Notes: generated by a model from the letters alone, not told the origin. A DNA stretch of 63,834 bases, filler included, from Dimargaris cristalligena (GCA_003614675.1; 18 parts of 18 records of this genome joined end to end with filler, not necessarily neighbours in it); one strand, 5' to 3'; positions 1-12,081 are shown, counted from the first letter of the whole stretch. Numbers and translations are program-made.

Positions 1-1
1 A

Positions 2-168
2 TGGGGCGCCGAGGACAAGCTGAGCCATGTGAGCACCGGTGGTGGTGCAAGCCTCGAACTACTCGAAGGTGAGCATGGCTGGTGGCACATCCGATGCACC
101 GCGCCTAACTATGATTCATGGCAGGCAAGCAACTGCCAGGCGTCGTTGCCCTCTCCAACCGTGCCTAA
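2..168 (+). CDS. PGK1: Phosphoglycerate kinase, 3' end (exons <2-68 and 125-168)
   Basis: Reads [23 protein letters not shown], then intron 69-124 (GTGAGC...CTAAC...GCAG), then [13 protein letters not shown]. This is the canonical PGK C-terminus. Confidence 0.95.
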
Positions 169-301
169 GCGATGGAGCATACCATCCACGGATGGTCGCA
201 AGCGTATGATGCCAGCAGGCATATATGCAATAAAGCAATGTTGACGATGATGATGATCAGAGGCATGCATGTACTACAGGATGATACGTGTGGGCTTTAT
301 T

Positions 302-730
302 CTAGTGGGGTGGCATGGACGATGTTGGATCATTGTTATCATGGTTGAGTGGAGGCTGTGCCGCAGAAGGAGGAGGAGGAGGAGGCAGCGAGACAATCGA
401 TGCAGTGTGGGCCATGTCCACGCCATTGCTGCCTGCATCATTCATAGGAGAAGGAGCAGCATCATTGCTATCCTCGATGGTGGGCGTCATATCCACCGGT
501 GTCGCCATAAGCTCGTCCTCCTCCACTGCGTCTGCTACTGCATCTGCTGCTGCAACGATGGGTGTGGCTGGACTGTCGACCTCCATCGTATGGATACCGG
601 GCGGCATGGGCGTGGTGGGCGCGCTTGAACTGGGCGTGGCACTGCCAGCGGGCAGCAGATTGATATTCACAGGTGTATTGGCGCTGGACTGATGTGGCTG
701 CCGATCAGTATCCGGTCTGGCAGTCTCGTC
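302..730 (-). CDS. Low-complexity Pro/Ala/Asp-rich coding segment, probably a terminal exon of a hypothetical gene
   Basis: Open frame with disordered-protein composition, convergent with PGK. No convincing ATG at the 5' end of the open frame. Confidence 0.3.
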   Translation of the reverse strand, partial: DETARPDTDRQPHQSSANTPVNINLLPAGSATPSSSAPTTPMPPGIHTMEVDSPATPIVAAADAVADAVEEDELMATPVDMTPTIEDSNDAAPSPMNDAGSNGVDMAHTASIVSLPPPPPPSAAQPPLNHDNNDPTSSMPPH

Positions 731-822
731 AAATGCATATAATTAAAACTAATAAGCATGCCACATGCCATGCATAGAATGAACATCCAACGATTTATCA
801 ATAAACACTAGTAGCATCGCCA

Positions 823-1791
823 CTACAACTTCTCCATGATGCGCTTGACCCATCGTTCCAGCTCCTTCGCGCGTGCCTCGGCCGTCGCAAGCACTTCCTC
901 GTGGGTGGGCGCATCGACATGCACGTCGGCTGAGGTGTCGGCCACGGTGATCTCCTCGCTCGCCGCCAGAGCAAGCTCACCGTGCGAGGTGCGCACACGA
1001 TTGGTGACGAGCGATATGGCGAGCACGCGCATGCCACAATGGTTCGCCACGACGACCTCGGGCACCGTCGACATCCCAACAATGTCGCCGCCCAGCACGC
1101 GAAGGGCACGTGCCTCGGCGGGTGTCTCGTAGCTGGGACCGCCGACGTAGCAGTAGATGCCTTCGCGTAGCCATTCGCGGGGCAGGCCAATATCCGCCGC
1201 CGCATCGACCGCCAACCGACGCAACTCGACCGGATACGCATTCGTCATGCCGGGGAAGCGCGGCCCAAAGTCGGCTTCGTTCTTGCCGCGCAGTGCATTC
1301 AATCCGGCGAGCGATGGCAGTGCCATATGATCATAGACAAGGGCGAAATCACCAACACGCCACTTTGGATTAAGACCGCCCGCCGCATTGGTCACTAAAC
1401 ATCCATCGGCATACCAATGAATATGTAAATAAATAGGACAGCCATCGTGCTTACCGAGTAGTGTCTCGACGCCCAGTAGCTTCATCACACGGATGGGAAA
1501 GGCCGTGTGGGCAACCTCGTGGCCTTCGTAGTAGTGGAAGCGACCGACCATGCAGACGACGCGCTGGCCGCCATACTCGCCAAACACGAGCTTGCCGGCG
1601 TGGCCACTCACCGTGCTCACGGGGAAGCCGGGAATCGTGTGGTAGTCGTAGGTGGTCGTGTCGGTCAACTGCGCGCCGAGACCGCCGAGACCACTGCCGC
1701 ACACAACGCCGACCTTGGGCGTGGCGTGGACGGGCAGCGTCGATAGAATGAACTGCACCGCGTCCTGAACCGTAGCGCCATTCGATACCAT
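823..1791 (-). CDS. PNP1: Purine nucleoside phosphorylase (trimeric PNP family), intron 1395-1454
   Basis: Motifs GVVCGSGLG, IPGFPVSTVSGHAGKL, GRFHYYEG, TNAAGGLN, GPSYETPAE, VGMSTVPE, THEEVL. A 60-nt GTAAGC...TTTAG intron restores ETLL|VTNAAGG. Likely start MVSNG at 1791. Confidence 0.93.
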   Translation of the reverse strand: MVSNGATVQDAVQFILSTLPVHATPKVGVVCGSGLGGLGAQLTDTTTYDYHTIPGFPVSTVSGHAGKLVFGEYGGQRVVCMVGRFHYYEGHEVAHTAFPIRVMKLLGVETLLGKHDGCPIYLHIHWYADGCLVTNAAGGLNPKWRVGDFALVYDHMALPSLAGLNALRGKNEADFGPRFPGMTNAYPVELRRLAVDAAADIGLPREWLREGIYCYVGGPSYETPAEARALRVLGGDIVGMSTVPEVVVANHCGMRVLAISLVTNRVRTSHGELALAASEEITVADTSADVHVDAPTHEEVLATAEARAKELERWVKRIMEKL

Positions 1792-2089
1792 AATGACAAC
1801 AGTAGTCCACGCACGCGCGGGAGCAGCTAAAGACGACAAAGAAGAAGAAAGCGAGGTGAGAGGTGAGAGAGAGAGAGAGCAAGAGAAAGAGAAAGGATCG
1901 GATGTGTGCACGGCATCATCGTCGGCCATTCATTCTCTCACCGCCACCTTACATGTGTGTGTGTGCACTAGAATCATTGTTTATTGTCCAGCCATCCCGG
2001 TGATTAATCTGTACGTTGCAAGCATCGACGATGCACTGCACCGATGGCTTCGTTGAGCAGTTGTACTAGCGTGCTGTATCATGCATTAG

Positions 2090-3492
2090 CATCACCGATC
2101 ACCAGTGGCATCCACGCATGCCTACCTGTCCTCGCCGACTAGTTCTTTGATGCTCTGCACGACATGCTTCACGTCGAGCTCCATCTGACCGAGGCCATTC
2201 GTCGAGTAGGCAGGAATACGCGCAAGTTCCGAGTAGGCCTATCGTTGCATGTATTAGCATCCGTGCCCATTGCCATCGAGCATCTCTTCGTCACCTTGAT
2301 CGCCACACGTAGTATGGCCACCTGGATCGACTGGCAATCGATAGACACACTGCCTAGGATCGGCGTCTTCTGCACGAATAGCTTCCCCACATCGCGTAGC
2401 CATAGATGGCTCGTCGTCGCGCTCTGCTGCATCCACAATGGTTCTGGCGCTGTCGATAGGCGATTGGGCCGGTGGCTACTTGTCGCTTGTGCGGCTGTCA
2501 TCTGGCCTATGATGCTGCGCGTGCCTCGCGTCGATGAGCCCGGCCCGCCCGATATGCTGCTGAATCGCGTGCGTGAGGTACGCACCGATCGAATACTCGT
2601 GCGCTCTAATGCCCCCGCCCGCCATTCCTGCTTAGCCACACATCATGTCGTCCATCCGCCTGCCATACTTGCCTGCACGATCGTGCTCCACGTCGGCGAT
2701 CGACTCGGATGGCTGGCGGCTGCGTCCACGGGATATCGTCGCATGGTCGTTGCCCTCCTTCTCCACGTCCTCATCCTCATCGCTAAGTAGGAGCCGTACA
2801 TCGGCACACGCTTGCTTCCAGTCCGCAAGTATGCGATCCCAGAACGCGCTATGCTCAACGGGCGCACGAGCAATGCGCCAATCCGTACGCTCGAATGCAT
2901 CGGTCAGGTGCGATGCCAATCGATGGCCGGATAGTGCCACATAACGATTGATAAGCTCCTATCGACCGCATCACCCATCAGCATAGCATATCCACTCCTC
3001 CCCCCTCCCCACGCTCGATGCCTACATGCGAGGCTTGCTTGCACCGGCTAATGACCTGCTGGCTCTCCTGCCGCCATGCAAGCATCGGATTGTTCACCGC
3101 CACATCCGGTCCATTGCCGCCACGATCCCACCATCGGTCGAAGTCGTCGCTCGAGAAGCCCGGCGATAGTTGCTGGCCAAAGGCGTCAAACACCGATCCG
3201 ACGGTGGCCGCCTCAAAGTCCATGCATAGATTCGCCGCAATGATGAGCGTGTGCGTGCGTGCATAGGTCAGGCGATGCGAGCGCGACATGTCCTGCACAG
3301 TCATGATATAATAAGGATCACTCGTTGCCCGCAAGTGCAATGCAGCAACACCTACGAGGAATGCATCGAGTAGCGACATCCAGAACCGACGTAGCGATGT
3401 CTGGACGATGCCCACGAGCTGCGATGACTTTTCAAGCTGATGCCGCCATAGTTCACCATGTCCGATCAATGCCTAGGACGCATGTTATATGA
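2090..3492 (-). CDS. Multi-exon hypothetical protein, 5' truncated
   Basis: Successive helical-looking open frames on the minus strand (2978-3469, 2632-2940, 2254-2436) with intron-like breaks. Family not recognised and boundaries approximate. Confidence 0.4.
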
Positions 3493-3592
3493 NNNNNNNN
3501 NNNNNNNNNNNNNNNNNNNNNNNNNNNNNNNNNNNNTTAATTAATTAANNNNNNNNNNNNNNNNNNNNNNNNNNNNNNNNNNNNNNNNNNNN
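3493..3592. other. Artificial contig linker N44-TTAATTAATTAA-N44 (first of 17)
   Basis: Identical 100-nt linkers start at 3493, 7073, 10652, 14230, 17803, 21372, 24934, 28496, 32054, 35612, 39165, 42604, 46151, 49695, 53233, 56768 and 60302. They have stops in all frames. Confidence 0.99.
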
Positions 3593-3726
3593 AAATGGAG
3601 GAAAAATGACCATACTTGTCAGGGGCAGGGACAGGGGCTCATTCACTCGTCAGGGGCGTACTTCCAATAAGTGCAAAAAATGGATTAAAAATAAAAGTGG
3701 GTAAAAAATGTGGTAAGTTCACCACA
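3593..3726 (+). repeat. LTR family B, 3' end
   Basis: AAATGGAGGAAAAATGAC...GGTAAGTTCACCACA also occurs at 17903-18133, 56868-57016 and 56668-56767 (-). Ends in CA. Confidence 0.7.
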
Positions 3727-3736
3727 CCTATGCTAG

Positions 3737-4320
3737 TATCAGCCCTTCTAATCCAACTTAATCTGGACCCAATAATCATCTGCCCTTATTAGGCCTTATA
3801 GTACTATAATAACCTCCCCATAGTCACCCCTGGTACTATAGGATCATCCTATATTATATAACTGTTCCCCTTCCAGACTCTATAGTTTGCACTAATCACT
3901 CCCATGTAGATCTAATAACTCTTCTGGTTCCCAATAGAGTCTTCTAAGTCCCCACAGCTGTCTAGTTGGCTTATTCATTATACCATTAGTCTTAGTAGTA
4001 CCTTCCCTGAGGACCTCCCTTTGGAGTCATCCTCCACATATATATAACTGGCCCCCATTGGGACCAGTTCAATTACTTAGTTTATTCCAACCCCTAGTTT
4101 ATCCTAATAAATACTATATATACTCACACCCTTTATACTGACTAGTAAGTGTGCCTACTGCATAACCCTTGTGTGTACCTGCATTCTAGTAATCTTTATT
4201 AGTTAGTATCACACCCCTACCTAGTGCTAGGACCCACTTGGCTAAGTCTAAGCCCCATCTACTGTTAGATGCCTATCCTTGGGACTCTTGATGGACTAAG
4301 AGTGGTTAACCCAGGTGACA
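3737..4320 (+). mobile_element. Solo LTR, family A (~550-590 bp)
   Basis: TATCAGCCCTTC...GACTAAGAGTGGTTAACCCAGGTGACA. The family consensus has TGTC...GACA termini. Confidence 0.85.
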
Positions 4321-5322
4321 GGGATGGTGCATTTTTAAAACCAGCAGTTATGTGGGTTATTTATAGACTATCTGCAGATCACCTTCCTAATTCTTAAAAT
4401 ATATTTAAGGGTGAAGGAATACTGTATCCCCCTAGGGTGTGTATGCCAAGAAAACAAGGGGTATATAAAGGATTAACAAATGTGAGGGAGAGAAGAATGT
4501 GTTTAGGGTAGTATATAGTAAGTACCCATAAGATCACTGAGTCCCCCCTTTTTTCTTTCCCCCATCACATATGATCATTTATATATTCACCCCCATTATT
4601 TCTTTAACCTATCCTATGCAGGTGCACTTTCCAAAAACCCAATAATAAATATATTACATAATAGTGAATGTAAAGGTTAGTCAACAGCAGATCAATTTGT
4701 ACAAAGGGTCCAGAAATAGTGAGTTAACTCAGTGATGCCTTTCTAAACTGTTTGGCTGCCATATCATTAAGATTGTCATAAAATCTGCTCTGGAAAATGC
4801 CAGACAAACGGAATGACTAATGAACTCTGCATAGCCCACTGAGTGATATCCAAAGTACAGGCTTGTTAAACCAACCATTTAGTTTGTACCCCATTAAGCT
4901 GATATTTATGCAAGTACCTGTACAGGATATATTATCTTTTTGATAATGCAATATACCCCAGGGTAGAGACCAGGTATTTTTAGGTACCAGAATAACCAAC
5001 CTCTAAGTTCACATTTACTCTCTCAGTTAGTTGAACTCATAAATTGGTATATTGGTAAATTGGTTTATATTGTTGTTTCTAACCTAGTGGTCGAGGCCTG
5101 CCCTGCCAATAATGACATGACAGTACCTTTGCCAGAAGGTGGTGGGGTTAGGGACCTGGTTATTCAGATACCCCAACTAACAATGAATACTAAACCTATC
5201 CACAAGTAGTAGTATGCCCAACCCTTGATGCTTGCTATCATACAAGGTTACCTTAAGGGTCCAAGGCCCAGTGGAGACAATCTCATACATATTGTATATT
5301 ATTAGCAGTCTCACAATAGAAT

Positions 5323-5906
5323 TATCAGCTCTTCTAATCCAACTTAATCCAGATATAATGATTGTCTATCCCTATTAGGCCTTATAGCACCCTATTAACC
5401 TTCCCATGGTCACCCCCAGTACTATGGGATCACCCTATATCATATAACTGTTCCCCTTCCAGACTCCTTGGTTTACACTAATCACACCCATACTGATCTG
5501 ACAACTCTTCTGGTACCCAACAGAGTCTTCCAAGTCCTCGAGGTTGTCTGGTTGGCTTCTTTATCATACCTTAGTCATAGTAGTATCCTCCTTTAGGGAC
5601 CTCCCTCTGGAGTCACCTCTATATATATATAACCAGGCCCCACTGGGACTGGTTCAATTCCTTAGCTTATTATTACCCCCTTAGTTAATCCCAATAAACC
5701 ATATATACACTCACCCTCTTGTATTGACTAGTAAGTATGCTTGCTATATATCCCTTACTTATACCTACATTTAGTAGCCTTTATTAATTAGTACTGTGCC
5801 CCCAACCTAATACTGGGATCCACTTGGCCGAACCTAAGCCCTGTCTATTGTTAGAAGCCTATCCTCAGGACTCTTGATAGACTAAGAGTGGTTAACCCAG
5901 GTAATA
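5323..5906 (+). mobile_element. Solo LTR, family A
   Basis: Collinear with 3737-4320, with decayed termini TATC...GTAATA. Confidence 0.85.
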
Positions 5907-5909
5907 AGC

Positions 5910-6660
5910 CCAAAACTAAACTTAGATAATAATCTATATTCACCAATCATTAATTACCTCCACTTAGTGATTATTATATCTAAATAACCCATCAGTAACT
6001 GATAACCATCACCTACAATAATTCATGCAAGGGGTCTATAAAAAATGACCCTCAGTCCCTAAACCACCAGTTTGGGATATCAAACAAGTCTTAGGTTATT
6101 TACAATTCACAGGGCCAATGGAGGACTTGACAATTCGCCAATTAAGTCTCAAAACCCTAGGCTTATTAGCTCTAGCAATAATGTGGCACCCACATAGTGA
6201 TCTTACCAAGATTACTTTAACAAGTACTCAAATCAAACCTGACCATGAATCACTGATCCTAGTGAATTTAGTGGCTATTCATGTCAAGGAGAGAGATTAC
6301 AAACAATTAAGTCACTGGGCCCTACAGGAAGATCCAACCATCTGCCCAGTCCGTTATCTGGCTAAATACCTGGAATGGTCAGTGCCTCTACAACACCTTC
6401 CACAGGACTATCAAAATCTATTCACGGTATTTCATGGTCACCACAATGCCTCAGGGGATACTTTAGCCCAATGGCTTAAATTATTGTTCCAAGAGGCGGG
6501 AATTAATACATCCCAATTCACAGCCCATTCATTTTGTGCAATGTTATCAACAGTGGCAAAGCTCTGTGGAGTAAAGGATGAGGATATCCTATAATGTGCC
6601 AATTGGTCCTCAGTAACTACCTTCTGATGTTATTATTACTGGCCACAACCATCCCTGGAA
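5910..6660 (+). pseudogene. DIRS-type tyrosine recombinase remnant
   Basis: Reads PPVWDIKQVL...LKTLGLLALAIMWHPHSDL...ICPVRYL...ASGDTLAQWLK...AHSFCA...ANWSS, homologous to the YR at 59017-60008. Contains stops, and the catalytic Arg residues are mutated. Confidence 0.85.
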
Positions 6661-6870
6661 TATGTCCCTTTGGGACTATCTGATAAATAATATCATTAAC
6701 AAACTTCCACTGGGAATGCCTAGCACAAGTTGTCCAAGGGGAAACAATGTTCCCATGAAAGACAATTACTTCCACTGGTTCACCAGTGGAAGTAAAGTTG
6801 ATGATAGTATCCTACCCAATATAATTCATGAGCCTATCTGGAAATATTGATATTTAGCATCAATCCACTT

Positions 6871-7072
6871 TGTCACCTGAATTAACCACTCTTAGTCTGT
6901 CAAGAGTCTCAGGGATAGGCTTCTAATGGTAGGTGGGGCATTGGGCATGGCCAAGTGGGCTGTTAACATTAGGGCAGGTTGTACTAATTTAATAAAGCAA
7001 GTGTTTAATGCATGTGTAGGGGACATGCACTGATGCACACTTACTAGTCAGTATGAGGGGGTGAGTGTATAT
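6871..7072 (-). mobile_element. LTR family A, partial
   Basis: TGTCACC...AACCACTCTTAG, truncated by the contig end. Confidence 0.8.
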
Positions 7073-7599
7073 NNNNNNNNNNNNNNNNNNNNNNNNNNNN
7101 NNNNNNNNNNNNNNNNTTAATTAATTAANNNNNNNNNNNNNNNNNNNNNNNNNNNNNNNNNNNNNNNNNNNNTCAATGGGTGCCCATGTGTCCCAGATCT
7201 GCCAATAGACATGGAGCTGAGTGACTAAGGGCGATGACAGTGAACGGGCTTTGGCACAACAAATTAGATTTATAAAACATAAATTATTTGAACATATTCA
7301 GTCTGGAGAGTCGGAATGTAGATTTCTATATTCAGTAATATAACCAGAATATAAAGCAGTTAGGGTTCATTAAGTCTATTTACCATATAGCAATGATAGA
7401 TAGCGAACCCCAAACTTTGGTTAATTGTACATATCTCTGCACAATAACTACGGTACTTTAAGCCCCACACGTCTGTCTAATACCTTCTTTCCATTCAGCG
7501 TAGCTATTACTGCTGGGTTACTGGCAACCACATTTCCGGGTGTTTATACACAGCTCAACAATCCTTTAGGAATTCACCTCGGCATCAAAGGGTTCTAAT

Positions 7600-8290
7600 C
7601 CGAGTGCCAAATATAGGTGGTTTAGTAGCTCTACCAACCTACCGGTTTATATATCTGTGTATGTGCAGTGCCATCCGGCATGCCATGATTGATTGTTAGC
7701 GGTTGATATTCTATCCCGCACATGGCTTATTAATCAGTGGTGTACTAGGCTTGTTTTTATCATGCCAACGTTTATTGTGATGGATTTTATTTACCACTGC
7801 GATTAATAACCTCGAAATTCTTGTATCGTTGATATATTGCCAACGCAATCAACAAGTATAGCTTCCTACCAATTCGTTAGTACCCACTTTTGCAACGTAG
7901 CTAGTATTTTCTATAGGATTCGAAGCTGCATATAAAAACGCAGGAATCCGGCCAAGGAATCAAAAAATTGTCTGTCAATTGAAGTTCACATCTTATATTC
8001 CAACCTATTATGCATTATCATAATATTCCATTGTTATATTCGCTGGTAATATTTTGAGCACTTCGGCAGTTATATTTCCTCGTTTCCTACGCTTATACCC
8101 TACGTCCACCATGAGTTACAGCGCCCCCGAGACCACCCAATCCGCGTCCCTGAGTATCCCGAAACTTTTCAGGTTGGGACCCTCTATCGCAACGTCGAAG
8201 CAGCCTGAGATGGGCACCAAGCAAACCTCGCACCTTTCCCAACTTAGTACGTCAAATGTGGGGCCACCCAGCATTTCATATATCTACAAT
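7600..8290 (+). repeat. Degenerate dispersed repeat, homologous in inverted orientation to 23380-24050
   Basis: Shared blocks include CAACGTAGCTAG, GAAG(T/C)TCACA and CAGCGCCCCCGA...CGCGTCCCTGA. One frame gives RVPEYPETFQVGT in both copies. Confidence 0.7.
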
Positions 8291-11200
8291 TTCAGAAGGA
8301 AGTGTTTACTTCTCCCACCCATTCTTCGACTACGCCTCCACCTTCTTTTTACAATATATATTCCCTACAAATTCTACATCAATGCTACTTTCTGGCATTC
8401 AGCACCTACCCTGCTCACCTGGCCTTTACTCGTGGTCCGGGATATTAATGTTCCTAGCCCTATATATTTTTTATAAAGACCTACCGCCAACTCCCAAGGG
8501 CTTCCCCGCTTGTAATATTTTTTTCTAATATTACGAAAGACTCGACAATAGGATTTTCAATCGTATGTTTTTGCGGATTAGCTTGGTATCGAATCAGTTC
8601 TGAGCAAGTGAAAATCTGATTTAGTTGGCACCAATAAAAATCCACTGTTCGACTTGGGTTATAATCGAGTCATTCGTTTTTTAAACATTGTTCTATAAGG
8701 GTTTTAGCACCGATAATTCTTCAGAGTAACCATACCAGCCCAATCGGTCCATTTTTCGATTGGATCTTCCTCCAAATACATGCCAATTTAAACCAGGGCA
8801 GTGGAAATCTATCTCCAGTTTTGAAAGCAATAATCATGCAAGGATATCAAGTTAGCCACCTATTTCTTATTTATTTATATATAATTCCGTAGCCGGAATT
8901 ATTGACCATGTCCTAGGGGCTGTTCATACCTCAAAGCGCTACTCCGGCTCTTAGATATCGACGCATGTCACTCAATATCACTCCATTGCCCATAAATCCA
9001 CGTAAACGGTGGGTGGCATAATCATTTGGCAAGTCAATCCCCATCCCCAATTCCGCAATCCTATCATGACTATACCTAGGTGAGCTGCGTTTAGCCTTAT
9101 GACAGGCATTAAACTGGCCATGATATATAGACCACATATAACTACTTTATCTCCATATCTCTCTGGTCGACCTCTGCCCACTACCTGGCTGTGGTAACAG
9201 CCAAAATTATTCTGAAATAGAATCTACAAAATACTACCGTTATAGAAGCACATTCTTCAATTACGTAGCCTGCCTAAAGGATTGTCTAGAAATCACCGAT
9301 AACACCAGAGACCCAGGTATCTTTACGTCACATTTTCGGTACACCTACCGAGCGAAATCGGAGTACACTGATTTTTGCTGTTTTTGCCCATTTAATGGAC
9401 CAAGGGAGCCGTGTACATGCCGGTAGATAACTCGTCAATGTTGGGAATCCGTTGACGTATCCCAGAGGAAATCTATTGATCACTAATCACATTATAGCAC
9501 TGGCCGTGAGATTTTCGCGGGGTAAAAGTGTAAGTAGGGCCAGATGTTGGAGGCGAGTAAATGCCTGGTGAAATACAATTCGGCTATACTGCAATATGAT
9601 TTGATGTGCAGAGAAGGAAGGCTGCTCCTGGATATATTAGCGGGTTTTAGCCCTGATAGCCTGGGATTGACTGATTGTCGTGAAGTATAATGGGCATCGA
9701 CATACCCGTGGATCATCGGGGTGTTCCAACCATGGTTGGCCCATCTGCGTCTGGCCCTAGTCAAATGAGCGATTGATCAAACCACCCCCCAAGTTCGTAA
9801 CCCCTGTTATCGGGAAAGATGAACATCATATATTTATGTTCCGATTAGTGGCCCAGGCCTTGAAATTGAAGGGGCATTACATTAGGAGTGTATTTCGGTT
9901 ATTTTAGAAGTCTCTTCAAAGAAGGCAGGAAAATTGATGATTTGCCGATTCTAAATCGATACCTCGTATTGGCTGGACAGATTAAGTCTATATTTAAGTA
10001 TAGCTGGAATACCGCCTGTCTACGGCTCACCGAAGGTTGGGCTCCGCCTACGGTAAACAGGGCCACTGAGGATCCATCGCTACCCGATATCACTGGGCAC
10101 TGCCATCGCCTCAAATCCCGCCTAAAAATACAACAATGTAAAGTGTGATGTAGATCCGAATAGTAAGTCGGTGAGTCGACGAATTGGATCGAATTACACT
10201 ATGGATCCCGCGAGAATACCATTCATATTGCCTAGGAAATACCATATCGTTTTAAACGTCCCCGGTGACTGCAGTTAGAAATTCCCTCCAAAAAACAATA
10301 TAATGAACAAATGATATAAATAATACGCTTTCCGGTGCACATTCAAAAATACACCAGATCCCAATTCTCATTCCACCTACCATTCACAAACTGTCGCCAG
10401 CCGCCGCGTATGCTCCAACTACTTGAAACCATACTACACACCCATCCCCCGAGTCTTCAACATTTACTACTACACCCCATTATTTTTGAATTGTCACCTT
10501 AAAGGCCGATTTATCATTACTCGGTTATATTATCAGCGGATTCCCGAGTATCTTCATTTCGGTTGCTAGCTTCGTCGCCTTCTCCCCATTCTTTCTATAC
10601 AAATTTTCCCTTTGATTTCTATATATTTCTATTGGCTAATCCACCCTCCCCNNNNNNNNNNNNNNNNNNNNNNNNNNNNNNNNNNNNNNNNNNNNTTAAT
10701 TAATTAANNNNNNNNNNNNNNNNNNNNNNNNNNNNNNNNNNNNNNNNNNNNATATCTATTTATACCCCCTCCCCTAGTACTGTATCATTCCTATACTCCC
10801 AACCCACGATGTCCCAAACATTGTGGGTCTAGCACTTTTATGGTGTATATTTAGCCTGGTAACAAGGCAATTGTGATCCTTTGCTTTCCCGTCCTGTCAA
10901 TCTGATTTTCATCTTTTAGGGCCTGTTGGCCCATGCTTATCTTAGCCTGTCCTATTCCTCCTAGAATTAGGTTTCCTTTGTTATCACCCACCAATGTTTC
11001 AAACAGCTCCTCCTAATGCTAATGCCAATGTAAATATAAATACGTACATCTAAACCCATGTATGTATTGTATGTGTTGAGCACAGCCATATTTATTTATG
11101 CTCTTTATAATTGACATGCTCATTTAGCTGGAGTGAATTGGTGGTTTGGTCCGGAATCCCAATATCCTTATCATAGTTTACTACTGAGTTATATATTTGT

Positions 11201-11579
11201 TCAATATCAAAATACCAACTTTAACTATATATTTACCAGAACAATATTGTAGTTGGCTCATTTTGTGTATAACCAAAATGATATACCAATTGTGTATTAT
11301 TATATAGTATAGAGATGTATTGAAGACTAGAGGCAAGTGTAGGGCTGGATTTGACTAAAGTGAACATATAAAGAAAGCCATTAGAGATACGAGCAACAGA
11401 TCCAGGGAGCACACTCCCCTCTGATCCCTCATTTCAACTGATGGTACAGGTGTGCTCTCTCTGTAGGGAGTGCTGTGATTTTTTAGGTGCCTTCTACATA
11501 GTAATAAAACAAGGGTTAATTTTTGATGGAAAAATAGAATGTTTTCACTTTATTACCACACCCTGTACTCTACATCACC

Positions 11580-11815
11580 TCACTGTAGTGCCTTACTGTA
11601 CACCACATTCCTGGTAGTCCTGCATCTATTTGGAGTTGCCACGTAGAGATTGGTGGGGTTAGCCACCCTGGAAAGAGCCACATATAGTTGGCCATGAGAA
11701 AAGACATTTTGATTAAGGAATACTGCTACTTTGGAGAGTATCTGGCCCCATGACTTATTAATTAGCATGGTAAAGGCAGCTTGGACAGGAAATTGCCAGT
11801 GGAGAAACTTAATTA
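11580..11815 (-). mobile_element. Helitron PIF1-type helicase C-terminal remnant
   Basis: QFPVQAAFTMLINKSWGQIL...VFSHGQLYVALSRV...TTRNVVYSKAL* matches the Helitron helicase end (QFP.AFA.TINKSQGQ, FSHGQLYVALSR, T.NVVY.E.L), decayed. Confidence 0.88.
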
Positions 11816-12007
11816 GTACCTCTGCACCTGAGTAGAAGGGCTTGGGGATGGGAATATTGATGCACATGTCATACATAGCCATGTTAACTATTTCAAAATG
11901 GGCAGCAGGGTTGTCCCCTTGCTTGAAAGGATCCACAGATCCCTCTCCCAGCTATAGAAGTTGATTGGCAAAGACTCTAAGGGTAGCTACTTCTTGTAAA
12001 GTATAAA

Positions 12008-12008
<1 letters not shown>

Positions 12009-12080
<72 letters not shown>
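12009..12080 (+). repeat. Microsatellite (TATGGG)12
   Basis: Perfect hexamer tandem read directly from the sequence. Confidence 0.97.

Positions 12081-12081
<1 letters not shown>

Noticed and set aside
1792..1929. N-terminal extension of PNP (and likewise 52507-52674 for LAG1)
   Set aside because: The CT-rich low-complexity sequence is typical of 5' UTR or intron and has no family homology.
269..2944. Numerous overlapping antisense/alternate-frame ORFs in contig 1
   Set aside because: They are shadow ORFs of GC-rich genes.
3493..3592. Regularly spaced TTAATTAATTAA as a biological repeat
   Set aside because: It is a synthetic linker within N runs. Cross-contig gene neighbourhoods are likewise meaningless.
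11327..11475. Helitron 3' terminus (hairpins at ~11405 and ~11451, CTAG at 11327)
   Set aside because: The hairpin-to-CTAG spacing is much greater than the canonical ~10-15 nt, so no terminus can be assigned.
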